Assembly: GCA_965644265.1 (NCBI GenBank)
Contig: OZ286463.1
Span: forward strand, 97,216,001 to 97,280,000
DNA: 64,000 nt
Direction: 5' to 3'
DNA from: Glycera tridactyla
Lineage: Eukaryota
The position numbers were made by a program, and so were the translations under genes. The first letter of the stretch is position 1; each line of letters opens with the position of its first letter. A model generated the notes under the pieces. That model saw only the letters and a list, made by a program, of their open reading frames with translations. It was not told where the DNA came from and did not search any database. Positions 36,237-49,377 of the stretch are shown here, in pieces.

Positions 36237-38394
36237 TGTTCTCATGCATCACATCGTAATCGACTTGTACTCCAGAAATCCCCAAGAAAAAATTAAGTGG
36301 CATGAGATAATATGAAACCGAAGGAATTTTCCAAAACGGGACGAATAATGCGTTTGGGGCTTTTCTTTTTGACACAACTACTTCATTTTCTGTTGAATGT
36401 ATAATTACTGTTTCGATTTAACATTGTGATTTAATGAATATGCCCACGTCTCTGTAAAAAAGTCACTGTTCACCATTCATTGGTTCACATGAACGTTCGA
36501 AATGGTTCTTTGGATATGTATTTGCCAAATCTTCGTATAAGGCAGCGAGGAAGTTGGAAATTCATAAGACGTTATGTTTATTCATACTCATGACTGATGG
36601 AGAGGAATATCTTGTAGCATTGAAGCAGAGGAGAGAGGGAGCAGCGATTAGGAAAACCTTGAATACGATGATGGATTATGTCTGCCTGCTCATATGTAGA
36701 GCACTGTCTCGTTTTCATGTTCTAACTTCTGCACCACTGACAAAGATAATGCTTGGTAAAGAGCCTGAATGTAAAGGATCTCTATTCTATCATCTGGTAT
36801 TTACAACTCTGTTAATCTCATGTTGTGAAAAATATACGAGGCTTTGAAGAGGACTTTCGAATCACTGAGGTGAATGTTCTCTTCTACCATGCCATACGGA
36901 TTCGATGAGGCGAATTCAGCAATGTGAGAATCAAGTGATGCGGACATCCTTTGTTTTGGCAGCCGCGACGGATGAGATACACTCAAAAATATATCATCTA
37001 CATTGCCCCAATTCCTCGTTTAACATGCTTGCTGAGCTTAGCATTTACCACCTTGGCCTCTGGAATGCTCATCGCACTATATTTTGAATTTGAGCACAGT
37101 GCGGAAGTAGTGCCTGCTAGGATGCCATCTTGGAATCCTTCGCCTAATGCACAATTCTCCCAATATGGGCTTCTTCAGCCGAGATGTTGTCATCTGTGAT
37201 TTCACATCTATTCATTCCGTGATTTTGTATTCTCGTTTGATGAATGGTGACGATGAAATTCAGATGTAACAATGTAGAGATGGAAACATTATTATACTGC
37301 ATGAAAGGTTGATTCCATCATGCACTTTAATCTTTCGAGAATGTCCTACTCCTAGAGGGTGGGATATGGAAGCCACGTGACTCTTTTCGCCAAAATAAAT
37401 CTTAAAAGATGGACAGTTTGGAGATAGGCCGTATTCCGAGGAATATTGTGACTGGCACTAGCATCTCCTGACCACCAGCCCAGTGAAGAAGATTCCAGCA
37501 TCACAAGACTTGGATTGCGAATTTTGCTGCCCTTTGTCTCTCTTGGCAGAAATTTCCGAGATCGACGCATTTTGAATCTTGTGAGACAATTGAGTATGTG
37601 CCTGACCACCATTGGAGATAGTGACTCTTCTGGTAGAAGAACACAGGATCCCTCTATTCCAGTAGTGAGCCATCTCTTGCTCCCGTGTTTCCCTGAACCT
37701 CATTTGTTCAAGGAATTCAGAGGGGGAAAGGTCCAATCCATCACATCCCCGCACTGGAGCTTGAATTGACATCGACATTTCAGTTGAGCATTGTCCAGCA
37801 AGGGTATCCTGTGTTCGACAACGGTAAAATCCAAGATTGAATGCGCACTTCATTTTGAGAGTGATATGCGCCTGGGATTGAATGGGAGGTACGAAGTATT
37901 TGCATCTTCTACAGAAATTAAAAATCTGACTGATTCTCTCATTGCATCGACTTTTGTGGACACTCTGATAATGTGAACTCACTATCGGTCTCGGTGTGGT
38001 TAGGATAATTCGTTTCATACTATGGCTTCAAGGAGAACGTAGTAGCACATTTCTCCATCTTCACGATCTGTTAGTGGGATATTTCAATAGCTTTTTCGAA
38101 TACATTGGACAGAACATATCTCACAAGCTATAATCCTGAGATTATAACAAGAATAAGGGTGACAGACCATTCCTCCAATATTCTGAAGGTCATTTCTCGG
38201 AAAATATGTATCGGATGAGAAAAAAAGATAGAAGAAAAAGTGAAGCGGATATCCTCAATTCTCGCAGTTTGCTATGCATGTGCCCTTGCATATGCTATTT
38301 GTTTGCAAAAACTTTGGAAGGTATGTCTCGGATAAAATCGAAGCACACGTGTGCATGACAAGTATAATCTAGATTAGTGAGTGTTGTGTCGTGT

Positions 38395-38465
38395 TTTGTG
38401 TGTGGGTTTGTGTGTGTGTGTTCTTCTGTTCTTGTGTGTTTGCGTGTGTGTGTGTGTGTGTGTCT
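38395..38465. repeat. Imperfect (GT)n microsatellite
   Basis: Directly visible. Confidence 0.9.
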
Positions 38466-41400
38466 TTCCATTGAAAGTTGGATTTGCGTATTGGTAGACA
38501 ATTGGATTAGCTTTGGTTGATGTTTCTTTGTTTCTATGTCTGTTTTGTTCACTTGTTTGTGTGCGCATTGTCATCCGACCAAATCTCTTCACGAAGCTCA
38601 CATAACGAGTGGTCCAACTTGACGCCGTGATAGATAGCAGGCATTTCCCCAAGCTGCTTGTGTGTGCATAAGAGGTGGCACATCAATTGATGCACACCAA
38701 GACTCTCATCACATGCATAATTCAGCACAATCCCCATAGCAACAGTTACACCCTTCGGTGAAATGGTCGGCACTGTGCGAATAATGCAGGATTATGATGA
38801 ACAGACCGCTGCCAATAATTGCTGACTTCAGAAAAGTGATAAAAGTATTGCTCGTTTGGACACTGTGGCACATTACCGACGTGTCGCTATGCATTCGGTC
38901 GATGAGGGCATATTCCTATATGAGAGCATTTCGATGAATGCTCACAATGTGGTAACTCCTATCCTCGGAGCCAGAGGGATGGACTTTCATCACTGAAGAC
39001 GACCAGATGACAGAATTGTGTGAGCGCATATATAGCATAGGTTTTCCACCATGATACTAGACCAACCGGTTGTGAGATCACATGTGCAGTCGAAGAAGGG
39101 TCGATGACCACAGTATCGGACCTATGTTCAGCATCTGAACCGATTGGATATCAGGCCGGGCGGGGGGGGGGGGGATCATATCCACGACATGTTGCCTAGC
39201 TTACAAGGGTCATGAACCTGGCTGTGATCAGTATCTGTCGTGAAGCAGGTCATGGATTGAGGTGTGGATGCACCAAGCCTGAACGTATGTTGTTCATGCT
39301 ATGTCATGGCGTGGAACAATTTCAATGTATTCGTCATCAATGGGACATCCTTTCTATACGGCGATCTTCAAAAACTTTAGTGAGTTTGCATATAGACATC
39401 GCAAGAGATCTACACAAGACTAATGGGTGTCGGGAGATCCACAAGCATGCACGGAAAGATTCCTAGCCTCAATCTGGATAAACGTCAAACAAAATATAGG
39501 ATGCATCCTGAGTAATTCATCTGACCCTTCAGAACTCCCCCGAGTTCAAACTCCATCCCTGGACGAACAGCCAAGACAAAGGAGGCATCAAGGAGGGGAT
39601 ACAAGTCGAGCAACCATCCAATATAGACTGAGCGAATGAATAGATGTCACTTCGGACCCAAACAGCCACGGTCCCGCTCTATCGTTGAAGGGTCCGGATG
39701 ACTTCAGATCATGTGTAGATTATCTCTCGTCTTCATTTGGCTGTAATACGGCTTGAAATCATATTTTACCCTTGTGAGAGACAGAAGCCGTATACAATTT
39801 CATGAATGACCCATGAAGCTATAAATTTACATCGCATCACGCCAGGGGTCGTAACACCAATCACTGATCCTGGTCGATATGATATTCAGTGAGGCCAATC
39901 ATAAAGCAAGGCTGCACATGGATACGAAATTGCATGTTTTGCATATACATGTCATTGCAATGCATGCGCATATTCAAGACTCCTGTTGGGTGTGAAATTC
40001 ATGGAGTTTACTGTCAGTAAGTATCATGAAAAACTAAAAATGAAAATAGTGAGGTTATTTTCTTGAAACATGATATTTCACCAACCTTTCTGGATCAGCA
40101 TAGTAAAGAGGCTTTTTCGGGAGGAAGGGGGATCAAACTAGGTCTTGCTCATTCGACAGAAGAATCCATAGACAACTAGCTACTAGCTACGCCTTAGTGT
40201 CAGGCAGCAGAGACACTAGTGTCAGACAGCAGAGACAAGGCTTCCACATGGCTTGGCAAACCTCTCGTTGGAATACATGAATAGTATTTGTCCTTTCCTC
40301 CAAATAATTGATGTTCGATTGAATGTTTGAAGTGTAATTATATTGACCCCAATTTTCCAACTTTCAGAAACACCAACATGTCAACGAATTCAACATAATC
40401 AGGTCCCGGTCTTTAGAAGCCATCAGTCACCACATTCCATGAACTCCTAATCCATGAACTTTTTTGTTCAATAAGGCTTTCCAGGTATCTGGACGAAATC
40501 CCTAGTGATTACATTCTTCAAGAAAGACCATTGACTGACTGGGAATGTCTGAAGATTCACAAGTCTATGGAAAGGCTCAGGATGCCCTATACATCCCCAT
40601 ACTTCTTGCCACAGACATTCCGTGATTCTTCACTTTGGTTTTGGGTCAAGATTATTCGAGAGGTGCCAGCTTGATTTGGAGAGACTTGTGGAAAGCAAGT
40701 GTTTATTAGCTATCGACGGCTCCGAAGCTTTTGATCCGAAATCCGGTATCCCGGTCACATTTCATGGAATGAAGTCAGGTACATTAGACTCATGAAGATT
40801 ATTTTCGGACTGGTTCCTGAAAATACGTTATTGTCCTCTTATTTGAGTTGAGGGTGTATGCAAATTGATGATCGTTATATCTCCGAGGTATTTATGGGAT
40901 GTACCGGCGGTGTCTGCCAATAATTGTTCTTGATAATAATTGGATGCATCGAGGGAAGTGACTATAAACCTTGGAAATGTGTGGTGTCGTTTTACCAGCA
41001 CTGATTATACTGATCATAATGATATGATCGCAGTGATGAGGATTTCTGCCCCCCCCCCCCCCCCGAACCACGAATCAAGTCCTATACAAACACAGTTGTA
41101 GTGATAGCTGTCTTACAAAGTCAACCGTGGACATATTTCCAATTCCGTCATCACTGGTATCTACTTCTGGTTGAAATGACCAAAATTTGATCATTGTTTT
41201 GACATTGTATGGCTCTAGTTTCATGGCTCATCACTTGTCCAAACATCTCGAATTTCAGAGAGCCTAGGCTCCATATTAGATGCATGATCTTTGAAATTTC
41301 AAATATTTGGCTTTGAACAGAATTCGCTACCTGAAACAGTGTTGATTTGCTATTGAGTGATGGTCACCGGGAGTGTGAGACTGTTGGAACGATGAGTGAG

Positions 41401-41709
41401 CATCGTATGTGGTGGTGGACTGGTGACGGGATGAGGATTAAGTGTGCTCGGAGATCAAAAGCACGAATATTCACAGGCATTTCCAATCAGTTCTCCGTGC
41501 TCTTCCTGATGTGAGTAGTTCATTACTCCTTCCGAATCAAGTTCTCTCATGCGATATGCCTGATTTCTGCGTGAATAGCTCCTTATCCATAACTCATGTC
41601 CAGCCTGGTCCGAGACGATCACCCGCCGTTGCTTGTCTGAAGGAGATCATATTCATGAGTCAACATCACTCACCACGGAAATTCCCTCCTAATTGGCAGA
41701 ATCAGGAGA

Positions 41710-42060
41710 TAACATGCACCCGCCATCTTATTGACTTCTTGGTACAGAAAAGGCAGCTGGCATCGTTGGGCTTGTAACTGATGGCACTGCTTCTGTGAAT
41801 CTGGATGATCGCCCAAATGTTCATGATGACACGTTTATATGTTATTGGTCCATACAATCTCCGCAATTTTTCTGAAAACTTCTCGTAAGAGTGAGGGGAT
41901 CGCCAGATCGAATTGATACGCATGTTACAAGTCGCATGGCTCCTCCAAAAAGCCGAAATCGAGGTGAAGTGCGAGTTAAATTTCGAACATATTTTCAAGC
42001 GTGCGCAAATCCGGACATATACTCTCAAGCCTGACCAGAAACATTTCAATCTGTAGTGAG
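41710..42060 (+). mobile_element. Old LINE RT relic inside the duplicated unit (second copy at ~42720-43070)
   Basis: LIDFLVQKRQL (~WIxDFLxxRxQ), HDDTFI (~ADDTxI) and CELNFEHIFKRAQIRTYTLK (~LNFxxHI...KA..R.Y.LK). Confidence 0.5.
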
Positions 42061-43177
42061 GCCCCTATGAATTTGCTACTGATGAGAAATGAGTACTAAG
42101 ATAAATGGTCCATTCCGCGGAAAAAAATCACATAAGCTTCGACATGCAGCAAAACAATACTATGTTAACGGGAGTGAAGGGTGGATACCACCATGGAGGT
42201 GCAGCTGGTTCCATTGTGATAATATATCCCTATAGCACATCTCATAACAAAGCCAATAGCGATGAATATCCATGTAGGGAATATTGTCTGTGAGGAATTT
42301 GCTTTTATATTTACTACGCAGCATAACCACAAAAGTTCACCCCTGTCGTTGAATGACATCGTCTCTTCAGGACTTATATAGTAGCCTGATCCTCTATCAA
42401 TCTGCCAAGTAGCCAGGAAGTAAGGNNNNNNNNNNNNNNNNNNNNNNNNNNNNNNNNNNNNNNNNNNNNNNNNNNNNNNNNNNNNNNNNNNNNNNNNNNN
42501 NNNNNNNNNNNNNNNNNNNNNNNNNNNNNNNNNNNNNNNNNNNNNNNNNNNNNNNNNNNNNNNNNNNNNNNNNNNNNNNNNNNNNNNNNNNNNNNNNNNN
42601 NNNNNNNNNNNNNNNNNNNNNNNNNNNNNNNNNNNCAAACGCTTGTCTGAAGGAGATCATATTCATGAGTCAACATCACTCACCACGGAAATTCCCTCCT
42701 AATTGGCAGAATCAGGAGATAACATGCACCCGCCATCTTATTGACTTCTTGGTACAGAAAAAGCAGCTGGCATCGTTGGGCTTGTGACTGATGGCACTGC
42801 TTCTGTGAATCTGGATGATCGCCCAAATGTTCATGATGACACGTTTATATGTTATTGGTCCATACAATCTCCGCAATTTTTCTGAAAACTTCTCGAAAGA
42901 GTGAGGGGATCGCCAGATCGAATTGATACGCATGTCGCAAGTCGCATGGCTCCTCCAAAAAGCCGAAATCGAGGTGAAGTGCGAGTTGAATTTCGAACAT
43001 ATTTTCAAGCGTGCGCAAATCTGGACATATTCTCTCAAGCCTGACCAGAAACATTTCAATCTGTAGTGAGGCCCCTATGAATCTGCTACTGATGAGAAAT
43101 GAGTACTAAGATAAATGGTCCATTCCGCGGAAAAAAATCACATAAGCTTCGACATGCAGCAAAACAATACTATGTTA

Positions 43178-44988
43178 TAACAGATAACAGATAACAGATA
43201 ACATCAGTTTATTTACATTCTCTAACCACGGATCGGGGCCTATATTATCCGGGCTCGAGCCACTATGCAAAGTAAATACGACAAGATAAATCACAAGTTA
43301 CTCCTGATGGTTACCAGTGCTGTCATGAAACACACGAAATATATCCATTTCTCAAGTTAAAGAATTCCAAAAAATTACTTGATTGAATAGTAAGTGTTAC
43401 ATTTCATGTCCGTAGAATTACCAGCATATCTATTCTTCGTTCGATTATACTAAATGTTATTCCGAGTGGTGATATGATGAGAGCATTACTAGTGGTTATC
43501 CTAAAGAGATGTTTTGTGCCAGAAGGCCACATATTGAAAGAGTATACATCAATAACATATAACTACAGTGACATTGACAGTGGGGTATAGAATATAATGT
43601 AGTTGGCGGCTTCGCATCCTATTATTGTCGGCATATTATCAGTGCTTTGGGCAGTTTGCTCGCAGATGCAAGAACCTGGTTCAAAGAAAGCTCTTTCTTC
43701 TTAAGATAGTATACAAAATTGAGCGCCAAAGTGAAAATATCAAAGTGAAACAAGATATGTCTAAAGGACACTGGACTATACGACACATGTCATATGCGAT
43801 ATGTTTCAGTGCAATTCAAACATCAATGTAATAGAATAACAATATATGGTAAGAGTAGTCATGAGATTAGGTGAATTAACAGTGATAGTACCTCTTTAGG
43901 GCCCGTTTGTAGGCATTGATGGAGGGGGCGTCTAATAAGCATTCAGGTCTTGAATTCCATACTCCAATTGCGCGCGAGAAAAAACTTGCTTTTGCCGCTT
44001 CCGTTTTGTGCAGTGCGGGTCTCATATTTTGTTTTGCGACTGCTCTGGTTTGTGTGTTTCGAATCCTGAAATTCGGTAAAAATTTCATCATAGATTCGTA
44101 GAGATCACTAGATGTCATCCCATTGCGTATCTTATACATCTCCAAGAGTAGGGACCGATTTCTATATTCATGTAGTGAGATCAATTTGCAGGTTTTGAGT
44201 AACTCATCCACTGGAATAGAATAGTCTGCAGCAGCTATGGTTCTTAGCAGATCAAGGAACGCCACATCAATTTTCTTCAGTGTGGTTTCCCTCGCGGCTC
44301 CGTAGATGATACTGCCATACTGCATGGTGCTTAGAATGACGGATGTTGCTAATTTACGGGCGCTTTTGAGGCTCATCAACTTTCTGTTTCTTCTCAATTG
44401 GGAGGTTCTAGAGCGCAAGCTACTCACAATTTTGGAGACATGTGGTTTAAAAGATAGATTGCAGTCTAGAGTCAGACCAAGATATTTCGTGGTTTCGACC
44501 TGAGTCAGTTTCAATTTTTTGCCGAAAAGTGCCACTTCATCCTTGTTTATGTGTAGCCGTCTTTGTGTCCCAAAAATCATACAATTTGTTTTCTCTCTGT
44601 TAAGACTGAGTTTTTTCGAGCGGAAGTAAGTTTCGACTCTGGCTAGGTCATGATTCAGTTTATCACAGATGGAATTGACATTGTCGCCCGTAACATAAAT
44701 CGCTGTATCATCGGCATAGATAGATACAAACGAGTGGTCGAGGACTTCAGGGAGCGAGTTGATATATAAGGAGAAGAACAGTGGCCCCAGGATTGATCCC
44801 TGGGGCACACCACAACGTACAACATTGAAATCTGACAACGTACTTTTTACTCTTGTCGCTTGTTGTCTGGAACAGAGGTAACTGGTTGCCCATGCAAGGG
44901 CATCGTTATCAAAACCAAGATTTTCCAAGTCATGTAACAATAGGCTGTGATTCACAGTGTCGAAGGCCTTGGCGAGGTCCAGGAAGAG
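43178..44988 (-). mobile_element. Young 5'-truncated CR1/L2-group LINE with an uninterrupted ORF2 3' half and ~700-bp 3' UTR
   Basis: Frame open from 44988 to the stop at 43876: LFLDLAKAFDTVNH, SYLCSRQQATRV, GVPQGSILGPLFFSLYIN, YADDTAIY, KYLGLTLD, RAIGVWNSRP. The 3' end has AATAAA and a (TGTTATC)n tail. GTTA is present at both junctions (43174-43177 and 44988-44991). Confidence 0.97.
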
Positions 44989-45469
44989 TTAACGAGAGTG
45001 AAGGGTGGATACCACCATGGAGGTGCAGCTGGTTCCATTGTGATAATATATCCCTATAGCACATCTCATAACAAAGCCAATAGCGATGAATATCCATGTA
45101 GGGAATATTGTCTGTGAGGAATTTGCTTTTATATGTACTACGCAGCATAACCACAAAAGTTCACCCCTGTCGTTGCATGACATCGTCTCTTCAGGACTTA
45201 TATAGTAGCCTGATCCTCTATCAATCTGCCAAGTAGCCAGGAAGTAAGGNNNNNNNNNNNNNNNNNNNNNNNNNNNNNNNNNNNNNNNNNNNNNNNNNNN
45301 NNNNNNNNNNNNNNNNNNNNNNNNNNNNNNNNNNNNNNNNNNNNNNNNNNNNNNNNNNNNNNNNNNNNNNNNNNNNNNNNNNNNNNNNNNNNNNNNNNNN
45401 NNNNNNNNNNNNNNNNNNNNNNNNNNNNNNNNNNNNNNNNNNNNNNNNNNNNNNNNNNNNNNCAAACCG

Positions 45470-45540
45470 TACCACCACCACCACCACCACCACCACCACC
45501 ACCACCACCACCACCACCACCACCACCACCATCACCATCA
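45470..45540. repeat. (ACC)n microsatellite
   Basis: Directly visible. Confidence 0.95.
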
Positions 45541-48153
45541 GCCTGCAGCAGGAAAATTGAAAAAAAGGAACTACGATGTATGATGTTGGAAGAGGAGACC
45601 GTTTCCAAAAAGTGATAAGGTGACATGCAATCTCCCAGGTGCTCTGAAGCAGCCTCTAACAAAAGCCTTATCAGATAGATGCTTCTTTGGGGTGTCGTGG
45701 GAATCGTATTGTGAATACACCTGAGGCGAAGGCCGCCCCTGGTCAATTGCATGCACATCATGGTGATACTTCCTGCCACATGACTCGTGGTCATGGCAAC
45801 ATAGTCAAGACGTCATATGAATGTAAAATGGTAAGAGTATGACTATACTGTATACAATATCTTTATTGGGTATTAACATCGAGGGTACAAATCACCACAG
45901 TGCAATGCTCGGACAAACATCTATCACTCCACAAATTTACTCCGAGACCCATTCCATCTATATATCGACTTATCGAGAGTACACTGATTGACTCATCCTT
46001 GTATGTTAGTGCGTCTATGAGCTTGTGATATATGTATCCTTCAACAAAATCTTGTTATTGATAGTAGCTGTTGTTAGATCACAGACATTATCATCTCTAT
46101 TGTGTCCAGTACTTCCGGTACTTGAACTGAGATAGGTAAAATCAATTCTAAACGATCAAAATCTGGTCAACATCTTACCAGGTGAAGACGAACATATTTC
46201 TTCACCTCGCATCATCTCAGAGAAAAGCCAATAAATGTTATCTTCAATCTATCAAATACGCAGCTTGATACATTACAGGAACCTATGAAATCATTACCCC
46301 ATCTATGACAGATCTTGAATGAAAACCCGAACGCTATATAGTTAGATGCCGAAAAATACCTCGATTGAATGCTTCCTCTCTGTTAACTTCACGGTAATTC
46401 CTCTACAAAAGAGAACTATTATTGGTGTGGGAATCACGATTCAAATCACCGAAGTATCATTATGATCATTCGATTGATTGAGTAATTTTTCGGGTTAGCT
46501 AGATAATTTCCTTGTTGAGCGATATGCTATTTCAAATTCGAAAAATGGCTGCAAACCAACAGTCGTTCACCTGTTGAATATTCGCTGGAAATGTTCTGTG
46601 TCCCAACATGGATTGAGAAAGGTACTGAACGATGTCCATCATTTCTCATTATTCCATTTCTTACCGAGTTGCCTCTCATGCAGGCTAACCAACTCGCAGG
46701 GTCTCTCCTGAAAAAAAGAAAACAGAATATTCGAATCTCTAATTTCGAATGTCTGCTCTACTCTGCTCTACGGAACCAACTGGCTTCTATCGTGAAAAGT
46801 GTGCTTCAGTGTGAGCCGACCTTGAAAGATTATATAATGGAAATGTTAGTTACCTGGAAGGCTCAACGAACACGAAAGCGATGAAAAGTTGGGAAGCATG
46901 CATCTCCATCGCGATATAAATCACTACCATCCTAGGGGTGCCCCGAATGTCGACTTCGTAATCACTATCCTTCATTTTTTGCCTCCTCACGTCATAGAAA
47001 CAGAGCCCCCCTGAATATGATCACCGAAGCCCTATGTATTCCCATAAATATTGGGCCAAGTTTGGGGTGTCATTAAGAGGTTCATCCATATTGTGACTGC
47101 GCATCGCCATTGGGAATAGCAGGAGCGGGCTGGACAGGTCGATGAGGTCATTGTTCTTCTCACCTCACTCCACCAGTTCATAAGAGCAGGTAGCTGACCC
47201 CCTCCCCCTCCCAAAAATTGGGCCCATACATGCTAATGTATGGTTATGACCATGTGCAGTGTAGTAATGACCATGTACAATGAAACTGGCTATGAGATGC
47301 TATCGAAATACTTGTTGCAGATTTATCCCACTGTGACAAATATTTTGAGGGTCCTTACAAGACAGATGATCTTTTGCAAGTTTCCAAGTAGGACCTGTGA
47401 CGAGAGACCCAATGATGGGACGCCTCTTCTTTTCAAGGACCACTTTTTGGTAGATTGTCTCGTTTTCGAAATAGTATCCCACCAATCATAGCCTACCTGT
47501 TCTATGATACTACTTCACAATCATATCCCTGGCGTTTTGTGATGGGTTTCACTGTATTGTGATGAGCATAACTAGGCTTGAATATGTCAAGCCATACATA
47601 AGATGCAGATGTTAGAAGAAGTAGTCCTTCATAATGATCAATAGCTATAAATTAAATCTCATGACTGATGTATTTGCCAAGCTATTATACCTGACCGAAA
47701 AGGTATCCAATATCACATTTGATATGAAGAGACCGTCATGGATCAATGAATGCATTTTATCTGATAGGTGATGAAGTCACAAAATCAACGGAGGAACTCT
47801 TTCAAAAATGGCTGGCGAAGTGACTTTTGGCATCTGGATATCGGCCTGTCTTCAACGGCATAGCTTAAAATGAGATTTCTGGCCCATACGCATGTACATT
47901 GATGGATTATGTCAAAACAGTATTACACATGTACATCGATGATTTCAATAATCGGGAGAAACAAAACACCAGATGGTATACAATGATCAAACACATGATA
48001 AAAATGATGTGCAAAAGTTCAATCGGTACTTCACAACATATCTGCCAAAATAATGATTATAATAATTATTTACATCCTGTAACATATTACATTTGACATC
48101 TAGGTGAGATTGATGTGTGATCCGTGATAACAACGATCAGATCCTACTCACAA

Positions 48154-49377
48154 CTAACAGAAACGGTGCTCGTATCCATTCTCTTTGTGTTTATCAGCAT
48201 TGGCCTTAGTTACATTAGGAGTAAGTGGCAAGCTTTCAGCTGTGGTAGAGATGCTACTCATCTTAGCTATACTAGTAGCTGTCGTCGTCCTATAGGAGCT
48301 TGTGTAACGAATAGAGTTTTGTGCTTTGGATGCACGAGGGCGACCACAAAGCAAAGCGCAGAGATCCTGTTGAAACTGGCGCCGAAAGAGGCAATAAATC
48401 ACAAAATTGACTGCAGAGTTCGTCGTCACAAGAAGGTTGGATACGTGATAGAAACGTTGATAATGGGAGCAGGTTTGTTTATCCTTCTCTGCCACAAGAT
48501 AATACAGTACCTGATTTATGGCAGCTGGGGTTTGGCAAACTATAAATGATATAATGATGATGATCATAACCAAAGTGATATTGTTTTCCTCATTACTACT
48601 TCGACTTGTTAGCGCTACTCGACTTTTCTGAGCTGCCTTGAGCTCTCTAACTAAATGTGTATTTAATACTATTAATATGACAAGTGGTATCAAGAATAGA
48701 AACAGACAATAGGAGACATTCTCGTAGAGGATATTGTAGAGTTTATAGCGCTGCAGTCCTTTGTTCTCCTGGATTACCATTGTGACGTTATCACTGTTAG
48801 TGACATTGACGTCAGCGTAACGGTACTCGAAAAAACGTGACGTGTTGTAGATGATGACACCAATGAACATCAAAGCGATTTGAACTTTGATTTTATATTT
48901 GGAGCAGAGTCTAGGGGCATGTAGAGGGTGGCAAACGGCTATGTATCTGTTCGTAGCAACGAGAACCATCATCCATACTGTCACCATCTGCGTCATGTGT
49001 GAAACAGGCCAAGCATATGTTTGTAAGTAGGGAAACACGGGTACAAGGTGATCCGTTAAGCCAAAAGACATGATCATCGCCGGATAAGTCTGCACGAATA
49101 GTGCCATGATTAGAAAGAGATTATCCGTGATAGCTAATGCCTTTAATTGGTAATTAGCTACGTTGTTACGGGAGTACTTGTGCAGCACAGCGAAGCTTAG
49201 AGTATTTCCGATGAGACCGAAAACGCACACAGAGCCCCACACTGGCCCGTAGATGATAAAGAAGAAGACGCCACCAGCACATGGAACGCCTGCGTCACTC
49301 TTTTCTGTGGTGTTTATCGTGACGTTAGCAGAAAGGTTGCTGGCATTGGCTACGTACTCATACTCCGTGTACTCCAT
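48154..49377 (-). CDS. Intronless class A (rhodopsin-like) peptide GPCR, FMRFamide / sex-peptide / myosuppressin receptor-like group, 407 aa from the first ATG
   Basis: Seven hydrophobic segments with class A motifs: TM1 GLIGN, TM2 LAITD, TM3 NRYIAVCHPL, TM4 IYNTSRFFEY, TM5 FLIPLVILIVLN, TM6 FIVCQTP, TM7 NSAVNFVIYCLF. N-terminal sequons NAS/NLS/NVT/NTT. The track's start at 49398 is a GTG; the first ATG is at 49377 (MEYTEYEY). Confidence 0.95.
   Translation of the reverse strand: MEYTEYEYVANASNLSANVTINTTEKSDAGVPCAGGVFFFIIYGPVWGSVCVFGLIGNTLSFAVLHKYSRNNVANYQLKALAITDNLFLIMALFVQTYPAMIMSFGLTDHLVPVFPYLQTYAWPVSHMTQMVTVWMMVLVATNRYIAVCHPLHAPRLCSKYKIKVQIALMFIGVIIYNTSRFFEYRYADVNVTNSDNVTMVIQENKGLQRYKLYNILYENVSYCLFLFLIPLVILIVLNTHLVRELKAAQKSRVALTSRSSNEENNITLVMIIIIISFIVCQTPAAINQVLYYLVAEKDKQTCSHYQRFYHVSNLLVTTNSAVNFVIYCLFRRQFQQDLCALLCGRPRASKAQNSIRYTSSYRTTTATSIAKMSSISTTAESLPLTPNVTKANADKHKENGYEHRFC

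Larger units (their letters stand above)
41631..45467. repeat. Head-to-tail 1010-bp duplication. Copy 1 is 41631-42640; copy 2 is 42641-45467 and is interrupted by a LINE
   Basis: Both copies start gcttgtctgaaggagatc and end gccaggaagtaagg-N(210/213)-caaac. About 12 substitutions over the ~795 readable bp. Confidence 0.95.

Noticed and set aside
37352-38018. 186-aa minus-strand ORF and overlapping frames (possible transposase or Gypsy integrase tail)
   Set aside because: No convincing motif; only a weak WWSGTYSIV resemblance to WxGPY.
42078-42092. CTGATGAGAAA hammerhead-like string (also at ~43088)
   Set aside because: No stem II between CTGATGA and GAAA.
47032-47214. hAT dimerisation-domain-like WW...L..L..LL.P remnant
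   Set aside because: Requires a frameshift, and the key SxxxERxFS motif is absent.
48124-48549. 141-aa plus-strand ORF
   Set aside because: Antisense shadow of the GPCR coding sequence, with a non-ATG start.
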